DNA from: Oikopleura dioica
Taxonomy: Eukaryota; Animalia; Chordata
DNA length: 64,000 nt
Direction of reading: 5' to 3'
Assembly: GCA_907165135.1 (NCBI GenBank)
Contig: OU015566.1
Span: 992,001-1,056,000 of the forward strand
Shown: positions 23,980 through 36,094 of the stretch, piece after piece
Position numbering within the stretch: position 1 is the first letter of the stretch
Layout of the letters: each line of letters starts with the position of its first letter
Program-made: the position numbers and the translations under genes
Notes under the pieces: generated by a model
Seen by the model: the letters and a program-made list of their open reading frames with translations, nothing else
Databases searched by the model: none
What the model was told of the DNA's origin: nothing

Positions 23980-24250
23980 AATATCATGTCTGACTGAGAT
24001 TCAGTCTCTGTGGAAATCAATCATCAATCTCAATTTTCGATTTCGTTCAATTAACTTCTCAATACACGGGCGGGCGACTAAGCGCTCAAAACACGGGGTC
24101 GGGAAAACCGACCACCAAGTATTATTCAGCCCCGCGCGGCGCGCCAAATTCGGAGTGTGAAAAACAGCGCCGACTATTTTGATCTCTCATTCATTTTTCC
24201 GTCGATTTAATAAGTTTTAAACTCTACTGTTAGAAAGCCTGAACACTCAG

Positions 24251-26404
24251 CTATTTACTCATGTTATTATCAAGGAGAAAAAACCTTCCAATTTTTCGAT
24301 AATGAGCTCGAAAGAGATCTGGTGCAAAGCGCAATCCCTCTTGAAAAATTTCACGAAACTTCGCAGAGTGGTTCGGTTTGTTCATATAAGTGCACATTGC
24401 AAAAATCAGGTCAAACGGATTACCACCTTCGAAGTTATTGAGGGCCAAAGTCGCCGTGGTCGGTTTTACCGACCACGTGTATTGAGAAGTTAACGTTAAT
24501 AATATATGTTTCAGAAAAAAAAAGATTTCAACTATCTAAATCTGTGAGTTTTTATTTCAAAGATCTGCATAAGATTTCAATGTTTGAAATTCAAATTTGT
24601 TGGGATTTTCTGTCAGCTCGAGAAATCCATCGACATATTGCTTTGCCGTCGCGTTGTAGAGATCCTTATCCATGTTTGTGATCGTTATGCACAGTCTGTC
24701 CGTTGTCTGCGAAGAAATCATTAATTCATTCTGCTGATCAAAAAGGATGAACAAACCTGAAAAAGAAGGGTGTATTCATAGTGGCACCAATTGTATCCAG
24801 AGCAGTACATTTCTCGGACCTCACCAAACCCGTATTTCGTATCGAATTTGTATCTTCCTACATTCGAGAAATTCGCACTAGAATCTAAACATTCGATATA
24901 AGTAGGGTGAAAAATAGCCCGAGAAAGAACTCACTCGTAAAATTTTGCTCCGGCGGCTGAAATCCATCTCTGTCTTTTGCGTAAAGCCCGATCAATGCTT
25001 TGAGCATAAATGGCTGTTGATTTTTTATTCCATCGTTGATTTCTGAATGAAGACGAGTCGCCACTTGAACGAGAGTTTCTTCGAGCTCTGCGTTTGGTTG
25101 ATGGGTGTTTTCGCTGATGTAACAAGCTACAGTAGTGTTGCCGAGTTTCTTTGGGAATCTGTCGCGGAGATTGTAGTCGACGCCAAATCGAAGATCTTTG
25201 CTGTGAGATTTCTAGAGGAAAATCATGAGCAGAGTTTATGTTAGGGAAGCGAGATATGAACTTATTTAACACTTACGGTTATTCTTGAATTGATAAATGA
25301 AAATGCTGCCATCAGATAAGTGCCAATCGTAATATCATTTCTTCGGCAAAAGGCTAAAAGCTGAGCTTGGAAACCTGCGTAGAAAACCTGAATCAGGTTC
25401 TGAGGGGCTAAATTGAGCAAAACAATCAATTTCATCTATTTTTAAATTCTGGCGAAGCCGCTTAGCGGCTTCGGTTTTACAAAAGCCGCTTTGCGGCTTT
25501 TCAATTGATATGTCTGAAAACCTGACTCAGGTTTTCTACACAGGTTTCCCAGCCCAGGCCAAGAGTTTTTTGCTCGCATCTGGAGTCCCTTTTCCCAATG
25601 TCACTTTTGTTGGAACATTTTTCGGGCGTTTATTCTTGAATTGAATGTGAGGAACGACGTTCTTATAGGTCGTTTTCTCGCGAATCGTTTTCTCCTTGAA
25701 TTCTTCAACTTTCTCCGGGTCAAGGGTAGGAAACAGGCGCTGGGCTGCAGTCGGGTAGTCAGTTACAAGAGGTTGCGATAGATGAGGTTTTTCATAGAAA
25801 GTCAAAATATCGTGGAGAATGAGCATCATTGACGTTCCGTCAGCCAGAGAATGAGGCGTTACGACTGAATTTAACGATTTTGCCGATTTGAGTTTCGAAA
25901 ATCATTTCTTACCTATGATTTGGATGGTCAGACCTGCATCACAGACAATAACTTCTGAGGACTGGACTTTGTTCTGTACAGTCTTGTTGAATTCTTCTTC
26001 GAAGGAGCTCTCGGAGCATTGGATGAATTTTGGCGCTGATTTATTGACTGAAATATTCTGAAAGGAGTCTTCTATGTTGAAATAAAATCATATCAATTCA
26101 AAAAACTGGACATTTAAAACTTTTCCTTTATAAATCCGGCCGACCATTTCGCGTGTAAAAATGGATTCTTCATTTTCGTCTTTTCCCAAGCCTGACAAAA
26201 CGCTCTCCGATCAAGCTGTTTTTGCAACTCCACGATGGCGGCATGAGAAACGGAAGTATTCTCACTATTCATAATCCATTCCAGCCCTACTTCATCCCTA
26301 CATGACTTGCTGCCACAACAGCAGATAGCCCTGAACATTTCAAAATCTTTCCGCAGCAAAAAAAATCACCTGATGCAACTTCCAAAAAGACAACCACAAG
26401 TCAT
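24251..26404 (-). CDS. Stand-alone condensation-domain / CoA-dependent acyltransferase (HxxxDG) with a Cys-rich N-terminus
   Basis: Spliced translation gives MTCGCLFGSCIRAICCCGSKSC, AFCQAWEKTKMKNPFL, TPHSLADGTSMMLILHDIL, GTYLMAAFSF and GVDYNLRDRFPKKLGNTTVACYIS. This matches the PapA5/alcohol-acyltransferase/C-domain pattern. Confidence 0.68.
25361..25557. mobile_element. hAT-type MITE, CCTGAGTCAGG family, intronic
   Basis: TIR ggaaacctgcgtagaaaacctga / tcaggttttctacacaggtttcc. Flanks gctaaaag and gccaagag match 6/8. Confidence 0.8.
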
Positions 26405-26526
26405 TTCGAATCTCAGGTTCTCTATTTTTCAAGCATAAACTCCGTGTTTTTCAAACAAAAGTGATCATAAAGCTATAGAGAGTCAATAGTGAATAGCGCG
26501 CTGAATTCAAATAATGTTACACTTTC

Positions 26527-26954
26527 CTGGGGAGGGGGTCGAAACTATTCTGCATGCAGAACTATTCTGCAAAAAGTAGAACTATTCTGCAAATGTAGAA
26601 CTATTCTGCAGATGTAGAACTATTCTGCAAAAAGTAGAACTATTCTGCACAAGTGCAGAACTATTCTGCATTGTGTTGAAAAGAAGATCTTCATTGAGAG
26701 ACAAAATTTCACTGTTTGGAAGCACGCTGCGGGCCTACGGCCCTTGCGCGCAAATTCTGGTAGGGAACTCATTTCTGAAGGTGGCCAACTTTCTCTGCTC
26801 TCGCGCCTCCTTTGATAAAAGTCGTTTTTCTTGTATGCAGAACTATTCTGCATGCAGAATTATTTCGTCGGAAAATAGCCCTTTTTTCGACGAAACTATT
26901 CTGCATTTTGCAAAACTATTCTGCATGCAGAATAGTTTCGAAGGTTTCCCCTTT
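26527..26954. mobile_element. MITE-like element with gaactattctgca tandem arrays
   Basis: Inverted ends tcgaaactattctgcatgcagaa / ttctgcatgcagaatagtttcga. About seven tandem units of about 21 bp at 26545-26670. Confidence 0.7.
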
Positions 26955-27264
26955 CCTGCCTCTTCAAAATGATCAAAAACATTTTGATTTGATCGCCATT
27001 CCAATACGAAGCCTTTTTTCAATCGGATGATTCATTGATGCGGCGTCAAGATCATTTTTTTATTTTAGTTCATAAATTTTATTGCTGAAATCACTCTTCT
27101 TACAGAGTTTTTCACAAAAGAGTATAGTAATAACAATTTAGTATTTGCGAGTTGAACGGATAAACACGGAAAATATCAGCTTGATATTCTACAAAAATGC
27201 AAGTTTTGTAAGTGTTGAGCGAGTTTACATCAATGTAAAGTTGAACTGAAAGAAACGCATATTT

Positions 27265-28732
27265 TCAACCCATTTCGATGTCGGTGCCGGTGCTGGACAA
27301 GTCCGAAGTCGACCCAGATGTTTTCATGCGGCCACAGCATCGGCCAGGGAGTTTTGGCTTGCCTCGATCCATGATTTGAACTTTGCAGCTGTGGGGACGG
27401 CCGAAGATGCAGTCGAAGAAGTTTTCAGGGCTAGAAGTGGCAATTGAAATCTTGATTTTTTCTTACAGTGAAAAACGACCGCAAAGGTCACCATCATCTT
27501 ACCGAAGAAGTTCCTTGGCATCGAGTAATTTCAACTTTTCTCCACCCGCCGAAGTCCTGACAATCTTGATCAAATCGGCATTGAGCGTCCTCAGAATCAC
27601 CGTGGCCGGGCATTTGTCTCGCAGACCTTTGTCGCACTTCAGGTAAATCGAGAATCCAGCTTCGAAGTTTCTTTTGACCTGATAAAAATAATAAAATTGC
27701 GATTCTAGCGCCGAAGATAAAACCTTGTTGACAAGATAGGCGCGTTCCATGCGGTCATTTCGGAAGATAAAAAGTGGAAATTTTCGACGCGTCTCGCGAA
27801 TTTCAACCAACTCCATTTTCATTTCGTGTCGCTTGTCGTGAGTTTCTCCACTGTCGGGATGATGTTCTGAGGATTCTGGAGGCTCGCATAGTTCGAGAAT
27901 GACTTCGTCGGGAAGAGTGTCGAGGCTGCTCGGGAGGTCGCCGATCAGGTCGAAGAGTTGCTGGTCGTCTGAAAAAAGAATAAGCACAACTGAGTTTGAG
28001 CATGCTAATTTTGAATGACTGAGGCCCCGTATTTAGCAGTCAGGACCTGACTGAATTATTCAGGGCCAGGGAACTTCTCGACCCTCGAGTCACAGGAACA
28101 CAGGTTAAAGAAAGTATCCTGACACAGGCTTGTACACAGCTGGGCTCGGAAACCTGAGTACAGGGTCAGGGTTCGAAAACTTTTTTTCGATATTTGCGAC
28201 TCGCAAAATTGCGAGCCTCTATTTTACTCAGGCACACAGGTCAGGGCCTGTGTACTCAGTACTCAGGGGCCTGACTCAGGGTTTTTCTCAGGTCAGATTG
28301 CCAAGCCCAGGTACACAGGACAGGTTCTTGAGCTCTGGGATACACTAGAATATCGGATATAGCCCTCAGTACCTGGGATATTGACGGAAGAAATCATATC
28401 GTCGATTAAATTGTCGGAATAAGTCGAGAAATCGCAACTCTCGCTCTCAGACTCCGATTCTTCATAAACCCTCTTTCGGCTTTCCAAATGCGATCGCGGC
28501 AGAGAAATATCTAAAAAACATTCAAAATGGAAATTGAGTAAGAGATTGGATTCTTACCTTTTTCCGTCAAAACTGGCGGAATTCGAATGTCCATCATTTC
28601 AATGTCATTTCCATCCCCTCCTTGTCCGAACGTATTTCCTTCTGGACTAGGGCAGAGGCCCAAATCTGGCATGAAGAAGAATATCTTCTTCGGCCGAGGC
28701 CGGACGAAACGATGCATCCCGCGATGAGGCAT
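27265..28732 (-). CDS. Protein with a WRKY/GCM1/FLYWCH-like zinc-finger segment
   Basis: MPHRGMHRF... start, acidic low-complexity exons, then RAYLVNK-VKRNFEAGFSIYLKCDKGLRDKCPATVILR ... GRPHSCK: C-x7-C followed by a distal H-x-C. Confidence 0.5.
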
Positions 28733-29388
28733 TTTCTTCTGATTTTCTTACAAGCAATCTAAATATTAAAATTTTATATTATTTAATTTGGCGATTTCAA
28801 CTCTGGTCTTCTCTGATCTGAACTCTGTAAACTACCCTGCAATACGTGGCAAGGAAAATTAACTTTTTTACGAGACGCGTCACAGAAGAAAAAAACTAGC
28901 TAAAAGTGTCTGCTGGCAAAAGTCGATTTCCTTTTGTTATTTTTCTCAAAGAAGAAAGAAAGAGGCCGAGGTGAAGTAACTTCAGCTCCCAGCTCGTTGC
29001 TCATAACAGGGCAAGATGGTGCCCAGGGGCAGCGCAGGAGGACACAGGTCAGAATGATTCTCTCAGACTCTGACTCAGAGCTAATTATGAATTTCTATGC
29101 TGACCCTACTAAAATAATCGAGTTTACAAATAAAATGAGAAGCGAGAATCGAAACAGAAAAGACTCAGGGGCCTGTCTCAGGCTTCTACTCAGGTTGCCG
29201 AACTCAGATCTGAGTCAAAAGGAAAAGAAGTAAAGAAAGGTCATTTTGTGCTTTGATTCTTTTTTCTGCCTTTTTATTACAAAGTGGATCAGTTACAGGA
29301 GAGTCCAGTTAGTTAAACTTAATAAATACGTACAGGCGACGATTGATTGTTTTTTAGTTACTATCTTCGTTTACTTTAAAAGTTTGTT

Positions 29389-30694
29389 TCAAGCTTTCTG
29401 CGCTTTGTTCTGCACTGGGAGGTAGAGCTTGAATTCGGCGGGAAGCTCGTCTTCGGAATAAAGCCGGTCAGAGAAGTAGACTCGACGGATTCGGCAATTA
29501 GCGTGGATCTGAAATGGAGGTTTATTGTGATGAAGTAAGAATAATTGGGAAAGGCCAGGCTTTCACCCTGAGTCAGGGTCCCTGACTAACCTGAACTCGG
29601 AGAGTTTCGATGTAGTTAGTGCCATACGCTCGCCGGGTAAAGTCGGAAAGGTTGAACTGGATCTGATTCCAGCCATCGTCCAAGCGCATCGGCATCGTGC
29701 AGATAAAGGGCTTAACTCGAGTCGTCGACTGGTAGTTGCTAGCGCGGAATCGTCGTCGTACGTTCTTATCATCCAAAACCTGAAAAAGGGGAGTTTTTAA
29801 CGGTGTCTTTTTCTTCGAAAATCGAGAAGCCGCTTGCGGCTTCGAGCTTCAAATTGCAGATACCGTGTTACTGAGCGCGGCAACCTGAGTAGATACCGGA
29901 GTCAGGCTCTGGAAGAGCTAAAAAGGAAAGCCGCGTAGCGGCTTTTTCAAAAACGAAGCCGCAATGCGGCTTCGCTAGGAGTCTAAAGAAAATGTATATG
30001 GTTTATTTGCGAAGCCGCTAAGCGGCTTGGTTTTTAGCTATTCAAGAGCCTGACTCAGGTTTTCTACTTAGGTTGCCAAGCCAAGCTGTGGAGGACGAGT
30101 TTGAAATTTACCTGAACTTCGAAAGTGAAGTATTTCTTGAGATTTTTGATAATCATGACAAGGAAGGGGAGCTTGATTCCGAGCGTCTTCTTAGGATCGG
30201 CCGGGCAGGTGATGTACGTGGTGGACACATTGGTTCCTTCGATCTCGAGCACCAGCGACTGGATGTCGTTGTCTGTGATGCGCTTGATGTGTCCGTTGCG
30301 CACTTTTTTGTCCCAAATCTGCAGCGGTTTTGAACCAATACTGTACAGAATGGACAGGAATCCACTCTAAAGATTGGTTTTAGGGCTAAAAATTCGGGCA
30401 GGAAAACGATTCTAGCAACAGCTTTAGCTGAATTATTCAGAATATGACTAAGAAACTCATTGAAACCCGACTAAGAATCCTGAAAGAAGTCTGAAAACTG
30501 ATTACTTTCTCGAAAAAAATCATCAAAATTCGAGTTTTTCTTTGAAAATTCTGGATTTTTACTTTTAATGGGGATTTATATCGGGTTTTAATTGAGACGG
30601 GTTAGATATAAACTTTATATTATAAAGAATTCCCTGATAGAAAATAATATGAAGATCGCCCTTTTTTCATTACCTGGAAAGTATTTTTGAACAT
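29389..30694 (-). CDS. CFAP20: Cilia- and flagella-associated protein 20 (Bug22/C16orf80)
   Basis: MFKNTFQ|[37 protein letters not shown]...[38 protein letters not shown]...[28 protein letters not shown]. Near-invariant CFAP20 sequence. Confidence 0.97.
29871..30085. mobile_element. MITE, CCTGAGTCAGG family, in a CFAP20 intron
   Basis: ggcaacctgagtaga ... tctacttaggttgcc arms plus AAGCCGC palindromes. Confidence 0.8.
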
Positions 30695-31581
30695 TTCGCC
30701 ACTGTCAAAAGGTTAAACTGATTCTGGGTCCTTTTTTCTTCCAAAATAACAGCCGGGGTTCTAGAAAAAAACAACAAATTTCAACTTTTTTTTTTCTCTG
30801 ACTTTTTGATTTCACCTCTTTTTTGTTTCTTGTTTCGTCTTCAATTGCAGAATCGAGAGTTGAATTTCGGGGAGAAAGAGAAGTCGTTGACTGGGGAACG
30901 CACGCCTGGGGCCATGGCAACGCTGTCTCGAGGCGACTTTTTCAAAAATTTATAAATTCGAAACAAAACGCGAAACGCTCCAGCGGCCGCGCATTTCTTC
31001 ATTTTTCTTCTCGCGAAACATTCTTTTTCGATCAATCTAATCCTTTTGTTTTTATTGATTTTGAGGATTTAGTTTTTCACGGTACTTTCTCTTAAAATTT
31101 CAAATCCGCAAAAAATGCTTTCAAATCTCGTCCAATAAAATTTCTCGATCGAATGAATGACCAATCAGATTTCTCGAATGAAGGAACCCCGAAATATCGA
31201 AATTTTTAGGTTTTTATCTTTCGTTCTTTCTCTCCTTTTCTGATTGGCTGATTTTCTAATCTTTCTTTTTTCGAGAAATTGAGAGATTACTTATTTCTGA
31301 CGGATAAATTTTCGCTAGAATTTCCTTCCGAAACGAAATGAGAGTACAGCTGTAACTCCAGAAGCCGCTTGCGGCTTCGAATAAAAGAAGACAAAAAAGC
31401 CGCGCTTTACTAGAAAGAAGATTCTTGTGAAAATATGATACATCGTCAGAAATGAGAACAAGTAATTTTATCTAGAGAATATCTTACAGAAAATTTCTCT
31501 AAAAATTCCAATTTTACTCCTGCTCTGAAACTACCATCAATGTTCTTTTCTTCCCTTTTACCCGCATGCATTCTTTTTAGA

Positions 31582-33168
31582 ATGAAAAAGAGGCAGGCAG
31601 CAAAGCGAAATATCCGCGAAATCCGCTCCGACGACGAAGTTTCCGATTCAGATGTCGTCAACGAAACCGACAAATTCCACGAGAATATCGATCACGATTC
31701 TGGTAAGAAAGAAAAAAACTAGCTTTCAAGACTTTTCTTCATACTTATTTCAAGAAATCGAGGATGACTCCGAAAACGAAGAATTCGAAGTCGGAAAAGT
31801 ACGAGGCCGCGACGATTCGGATGAAGAAGACGACTACGATTTCGAGGAAGGAACGCGTTTTCGCGGGAATTAATTCTAAAGCCCCTTTTTCGCTTCGAAA
31901 ACGCGTAAAAAGAAGCAGAATCGAGCGAAGACGACGGACCAGCTTTGCCAAGTCGAGATGATTTCGGAGAACGACCGGACAGCTACTACGCCGATTCTGC
32001 CCAGCCAAAGAAAAAGAAGCAGAAGCGAGAGACGAAGGCAGAAGCAGCTGAAAGACTCAAGGTATTTCAGCCTTTGAAAAGGGTCTCCTTCAGATTGTTT
32101 TTAGGATGAGCGAGAAGACGCAGAATTCCGACTTGACGACGCGCACAACTTCCTCGAAGATGTCGGCGACACACTCTTAGACGATGACGAAGAAGAAGAA
32201 AAGCCAGAAGATGTTCCCGAAAAAGCGCTGGCGGAAATGGACATCAGCGAAAAAATGAAGCTTCTGAAGCGCCAGTCGCCGTTGCTTTTTCCACTCATCG
32301 CCGATTTCAAGCATTTTGAAAAAGAATTCACGGAAACTCTTTTGCCTCTTCAGAAGTTTTTGGGAGCAGAAGCGGACGAAGCATTTTCCGATTATTTGGT
32401 GAAGCGAATCAAGCTGATCAGATGCTACTTGTTGAATATCAGCTTTTACTTGAGATTGAGAGCAAAAGGTAACTTTTCCTCTTTTTCTTTTCTCGCTCAA
32501 ACCTGTCTTTAGCGACCCCGAATCTCGACCAGCATCCAGTCGTCGAGAGACTCGCCCAACTGCGCCAAATAATCGACAAAAGCTCTTCCGACAAAGCTCA
32601 AGATTACGCTCGAGCCTACCTGGAAGCCGTCACTGCTGAAAACAAAATCAAGAAGATCGGAAAAGTCAAGAAAATCGAGGAAAGAAAAGAAGAGAGCGAG
32701 GAAAGCGCGGGAGAGGAGGAAGACGAGGAGGACAATGAGATGGACGAAATGAATGAGGAAGAAGCGGACGCGGACGGAAAACGAAAAGTCAATAGAAAGA
32801 TTGAGAAGAATGTTGGGCTGCAGAAAGCGAGACAGAAGAAGAGACGCAATCCGAGAGTCAAGCATAGAAGTAAGAGCCTTTGTACTTAAGCCTGTAGTCA
32901 ACGGGCTGTAATAACCTGTGTCGGGCTCTAAAAGGGCTCTTTCGGAGCCTGACTCAGGTTTTCTTCACTGGTTGTCCAGTCCAGAGGCCTTTTCTCATCT
33001 GTATCTTTTGACAAGCATTCATATTTGATTTTAGTGGCCTACGAAGACGCAAAGAAGCGAAGAAAAGGCGCCGTCCGAGCAGTCATCACCGACCAAAAGA
33101 AGAAATACACCGGCGAAGCGTCGGGCATCCGAGTTGGAATCAAGAAATCTGTCCGTATCAAGTCCTAA
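31582..33168 (+). CDS. UTP3: SAS10/UTP3 small-subunit processome component
   Basis: Acidic N-terminus; LLKRQSPLLFPLIADF; CYLLNISFYLRLRAK; NLDQHPVVERLAQLRQ. C-terminal IEKNVGLQKARQKKRRNPRVKHR ... YTGEASGIRVGIKKSVRIKS*. Confidence 0.9.
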
Positions 33169-34071
33169 AATACAAACTTCCCAACTCAAAATTGAAATTT
33201 CAAGTGTTCTTTTTTTCTTGATAAGAAAGCCAAAAGTAACAGTTATATAAGTGCCTTGGTGATAGAAGCAATTTCTAAAAGCTCGCGGGCGAGGTTAGCT
33301 CAACATGTCCAAAAAAGTAGGGCGGTAGTTGCTGCAGGCATTTTTTTATCAGCACGTTCGCCGCACAAGTGCTCATTCTTTACCTTTGCGGAAGCTAAGA
33401 GAGAACCAACTAGCAATGAAACTCGCAGGTATGAGCAAGACTTTTCATGCAAGAGCGTCTATCCGAGCTTTCTATACGCGATCATTTGCTAAAGAGTTGC
33501 CACAAGGGCTCTTATCGGACTACCACTCGTCCGAGCTACGCTATTTACTAAAAGAAGTCGGCCTGTCAAGAAGTTAGCCCGAGTCTCTCGGATTCCTAGA
33601 AGATTTTGAACATGAATAATGATCAAATAGATGCGACAGAATGTTGTATTTCTGTTAAAGATATTGATTTTTGATTAATAATAGCGTTCAGTATTAAGCA
33701 TACTGTCTGATCTACTCGAATCTGGTGCGAATTCGTTGAAGATTTCTTTGAGAATTCCATTTGAATTATTGAAAATTCACTCAAATAAGTTACTTCTTGT
33801 CATTTATCTTTTTATTGAAGGATTTTTTATAATTAAAATTTAGGATAAAGCGGGTAAATTCAATCTCAATTTCGTAACTAAAGCCGCTAAAACCCATCTT
33901 CCGGTCTCAGACCGTGCCATTCGAGTTCTACCACGGGCGAAGTTGATCCGCTATTCTGCCAAGATAAGCGCATTTTTGACATGCCGATGCTTCAGATTTA
34001 GAACTCGTGTTACCTAGTGGAGAGTTCTTGCTTTCTCAGCGGTTTATTCTCAAAACAAAGCTCCCTCTGGC

Positions 34072-35407
34072 TTGATTAAGGCTTTCTCTCAATTTTTTGT
34101 AGCAACTCTTTTTACCACCGTCCTCGGAGGCGCCGCAGATTACTCTTCGAACGGAGACAACTGGACTGGAACTTGTCAAACTGGCCAAAGACAATCGCCA
34201 ATTCACATTGATGAAACCGGAAACGATATCATCACGAAAACAACCTTCCAAGATTTCAAGGTCGAAAACTACGATACTCCAATGAAATGGAAGGTTATCA
34301 ACAAAGCAACCACGATCCAGCTTGAACCCAACGCCGGCAGGTATAATTTTGATCGAAGTTTTTTGCCTGTAAATAAAAAACAATATATCAACTCGTATTC
34401 TTTATTCTCATTATATATTGAACTCATTTCTATATCAAAACAGTGCGATCAGGGCACGGAAACCTGTGTTAAAATCCTGAGACAGGGTTCAAAAAGCTGA
34501 TTATTGAATATAGCCCCGAGATGAAACTCACCGGTGGTTACCTTGGCTCCGAGTATAAACTCCTCCAAATCCATTTCCACTGGGACGTCAACGCCAATGG
34601 ACTTCCCGTCGGGCCACAAGGCTCCGAGCATACTGTTACGAGAAAGGGGCAAACCGCAATCACCCCGTACCGTGGTGAAGTTCACTTTGTTCATGGCAAA
34701 GTTGGCGCCGACTTGAGCGACTTGAGCACTGCTGCTGGAGATGACCTTGCCGTTCTTGGTTTCTTCCTTGATGTTGATGACAGTCTGCCAAAGAGCTGGT
34801 TCGATTACACCCTTGATGATCTGATCGATGTCAATGTCCAAGACACTGCTTCTCCTCCAACGGCCGAGATTGAAATCGACTGGACCGCTTCATCCATGCT
34901 TCCAAAGGAACTCGATGGATTCTGGAGATACGAAGGTTCTCTAACAACTCCTACCTGCAATGAGATTGTCCGATGGTAAGTTAAAACTTTAAAAGGGGTA
35001 CTTTATTTATCGAATTCATCGAATTATCTAGGACTGTCTTTGAAACCCCACTCACAATGAAACAAGCTTCCTGGGATAACCTTGTTAAATCCGTTGGATT
35101 AGCCGCTGACAACACCTCGCCCCATGTTCCTTCAAACTACAGAAATGTCCAGCCACTCAATGACCGAAAGATTTCTTACTACAAGAAGGTAATCGAGTCT
35201 TCCTCTTTTTTTTGTTGACACTCTATTCAGTCAAATGTCGTCGCTCCTTCATCTTCAAAGAAAAAGTTCGGCACCAAGGTTGCCTTCGGAACTCTTCCAA
35301 TGAGCTACAAGGATCCATTGACCGGCCAGATGAGCACCAAGCTTCAGCAAGTGCAGAAGGTTCTCCTTTGCTTCGGAGAAGATGAGAAGCTTTGCATGTT
35401 CATGTAG
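34072..35407 (+). CDS. Alpha-carbonic anhydrase, probably secreted; 5' end unresolved
   Basis: QSPIHID, QIHFHW, GSEHT, EVHFVH (all three Zn-binding His), LAVLGFF, YEGSLTTPTCNEIVRW, NYRNVQPLNDRK. C-terminal extension ends LCMFM*. Confidence 0.9.
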
Positions 35408-36094
35408 AATAAACATTCTCGCCCATCTCGAAGAAAAAAATATCCATCAACTGATGTTGATTTAATAACTGAACTGACTAATAAAACGAAACCTTGAGTA
35501 CTCAGCTAACACCAAAATTAATGATCGTGTTTTGTATTGAAAATCCCTTTTTGAACAGGTTTTTTTGTTAAAAATTGCATAAAAAATCAGTTTTATTTCC
35601 TTTTTGTCAGCTTTACTTTGAAGCGGGCCGTTCTGAAAGTTATCTCTTCCGCGGTAATCGTCGTTAATTAGCGACAGTATGAACAGGTGCGTTTGGTGTT
35701 GCAGGTAAAAGTCCCCGGGCAAGGTTTTGTGAGTCAAGATACGCTCCACCAGAGCAAAATAACTTCAGCTCATCCTCTTTTCCTCTGAGCACGAAAAATT
35801 CATCGAAAACTGCAAATCGGGTCATTCGATTCCTGCAAGAGAAAATGTCAACAAGGCGGCCAATTGATTTTGATACAGACAGAAGAAGAGTAAGATCACG
35901 ATCAAGGAAGGAGCAAAATTGTAAAAGACTTATATTTTTTTGCGACAAGATTTTTATTTTTCGTCAAAAAAAACGTCGACTTTGAATATTTTTATTGAAG
36001 TCAATGGTTTAGCAATAATGAAATTAACGGAAGCAATTGATTGTTCTCAAGAACATTGTACTTAAAAAAGCATCTGTAATAATAAACTGAGCTC

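Noticed and set aside
26545-26680. gaactattctgca repeats as a CRISPR or iteron array
   Set aside because: Spacers are only about 8 nt and near-identical; this is the internal minisatellite of an inverted-repeat element.
18300-28800. Hypothesis of one large Polinton/Helitron/viral insertion
   Set aside because: No integrase, polymerase, helicase or capsid motifs; the genes are ordinary short-intron genes with independent MITEs.
28934-29233. 99-aa + strand ORF
   Set aside because: Largely made of degenerate CTGACTCAG repeat fragments.
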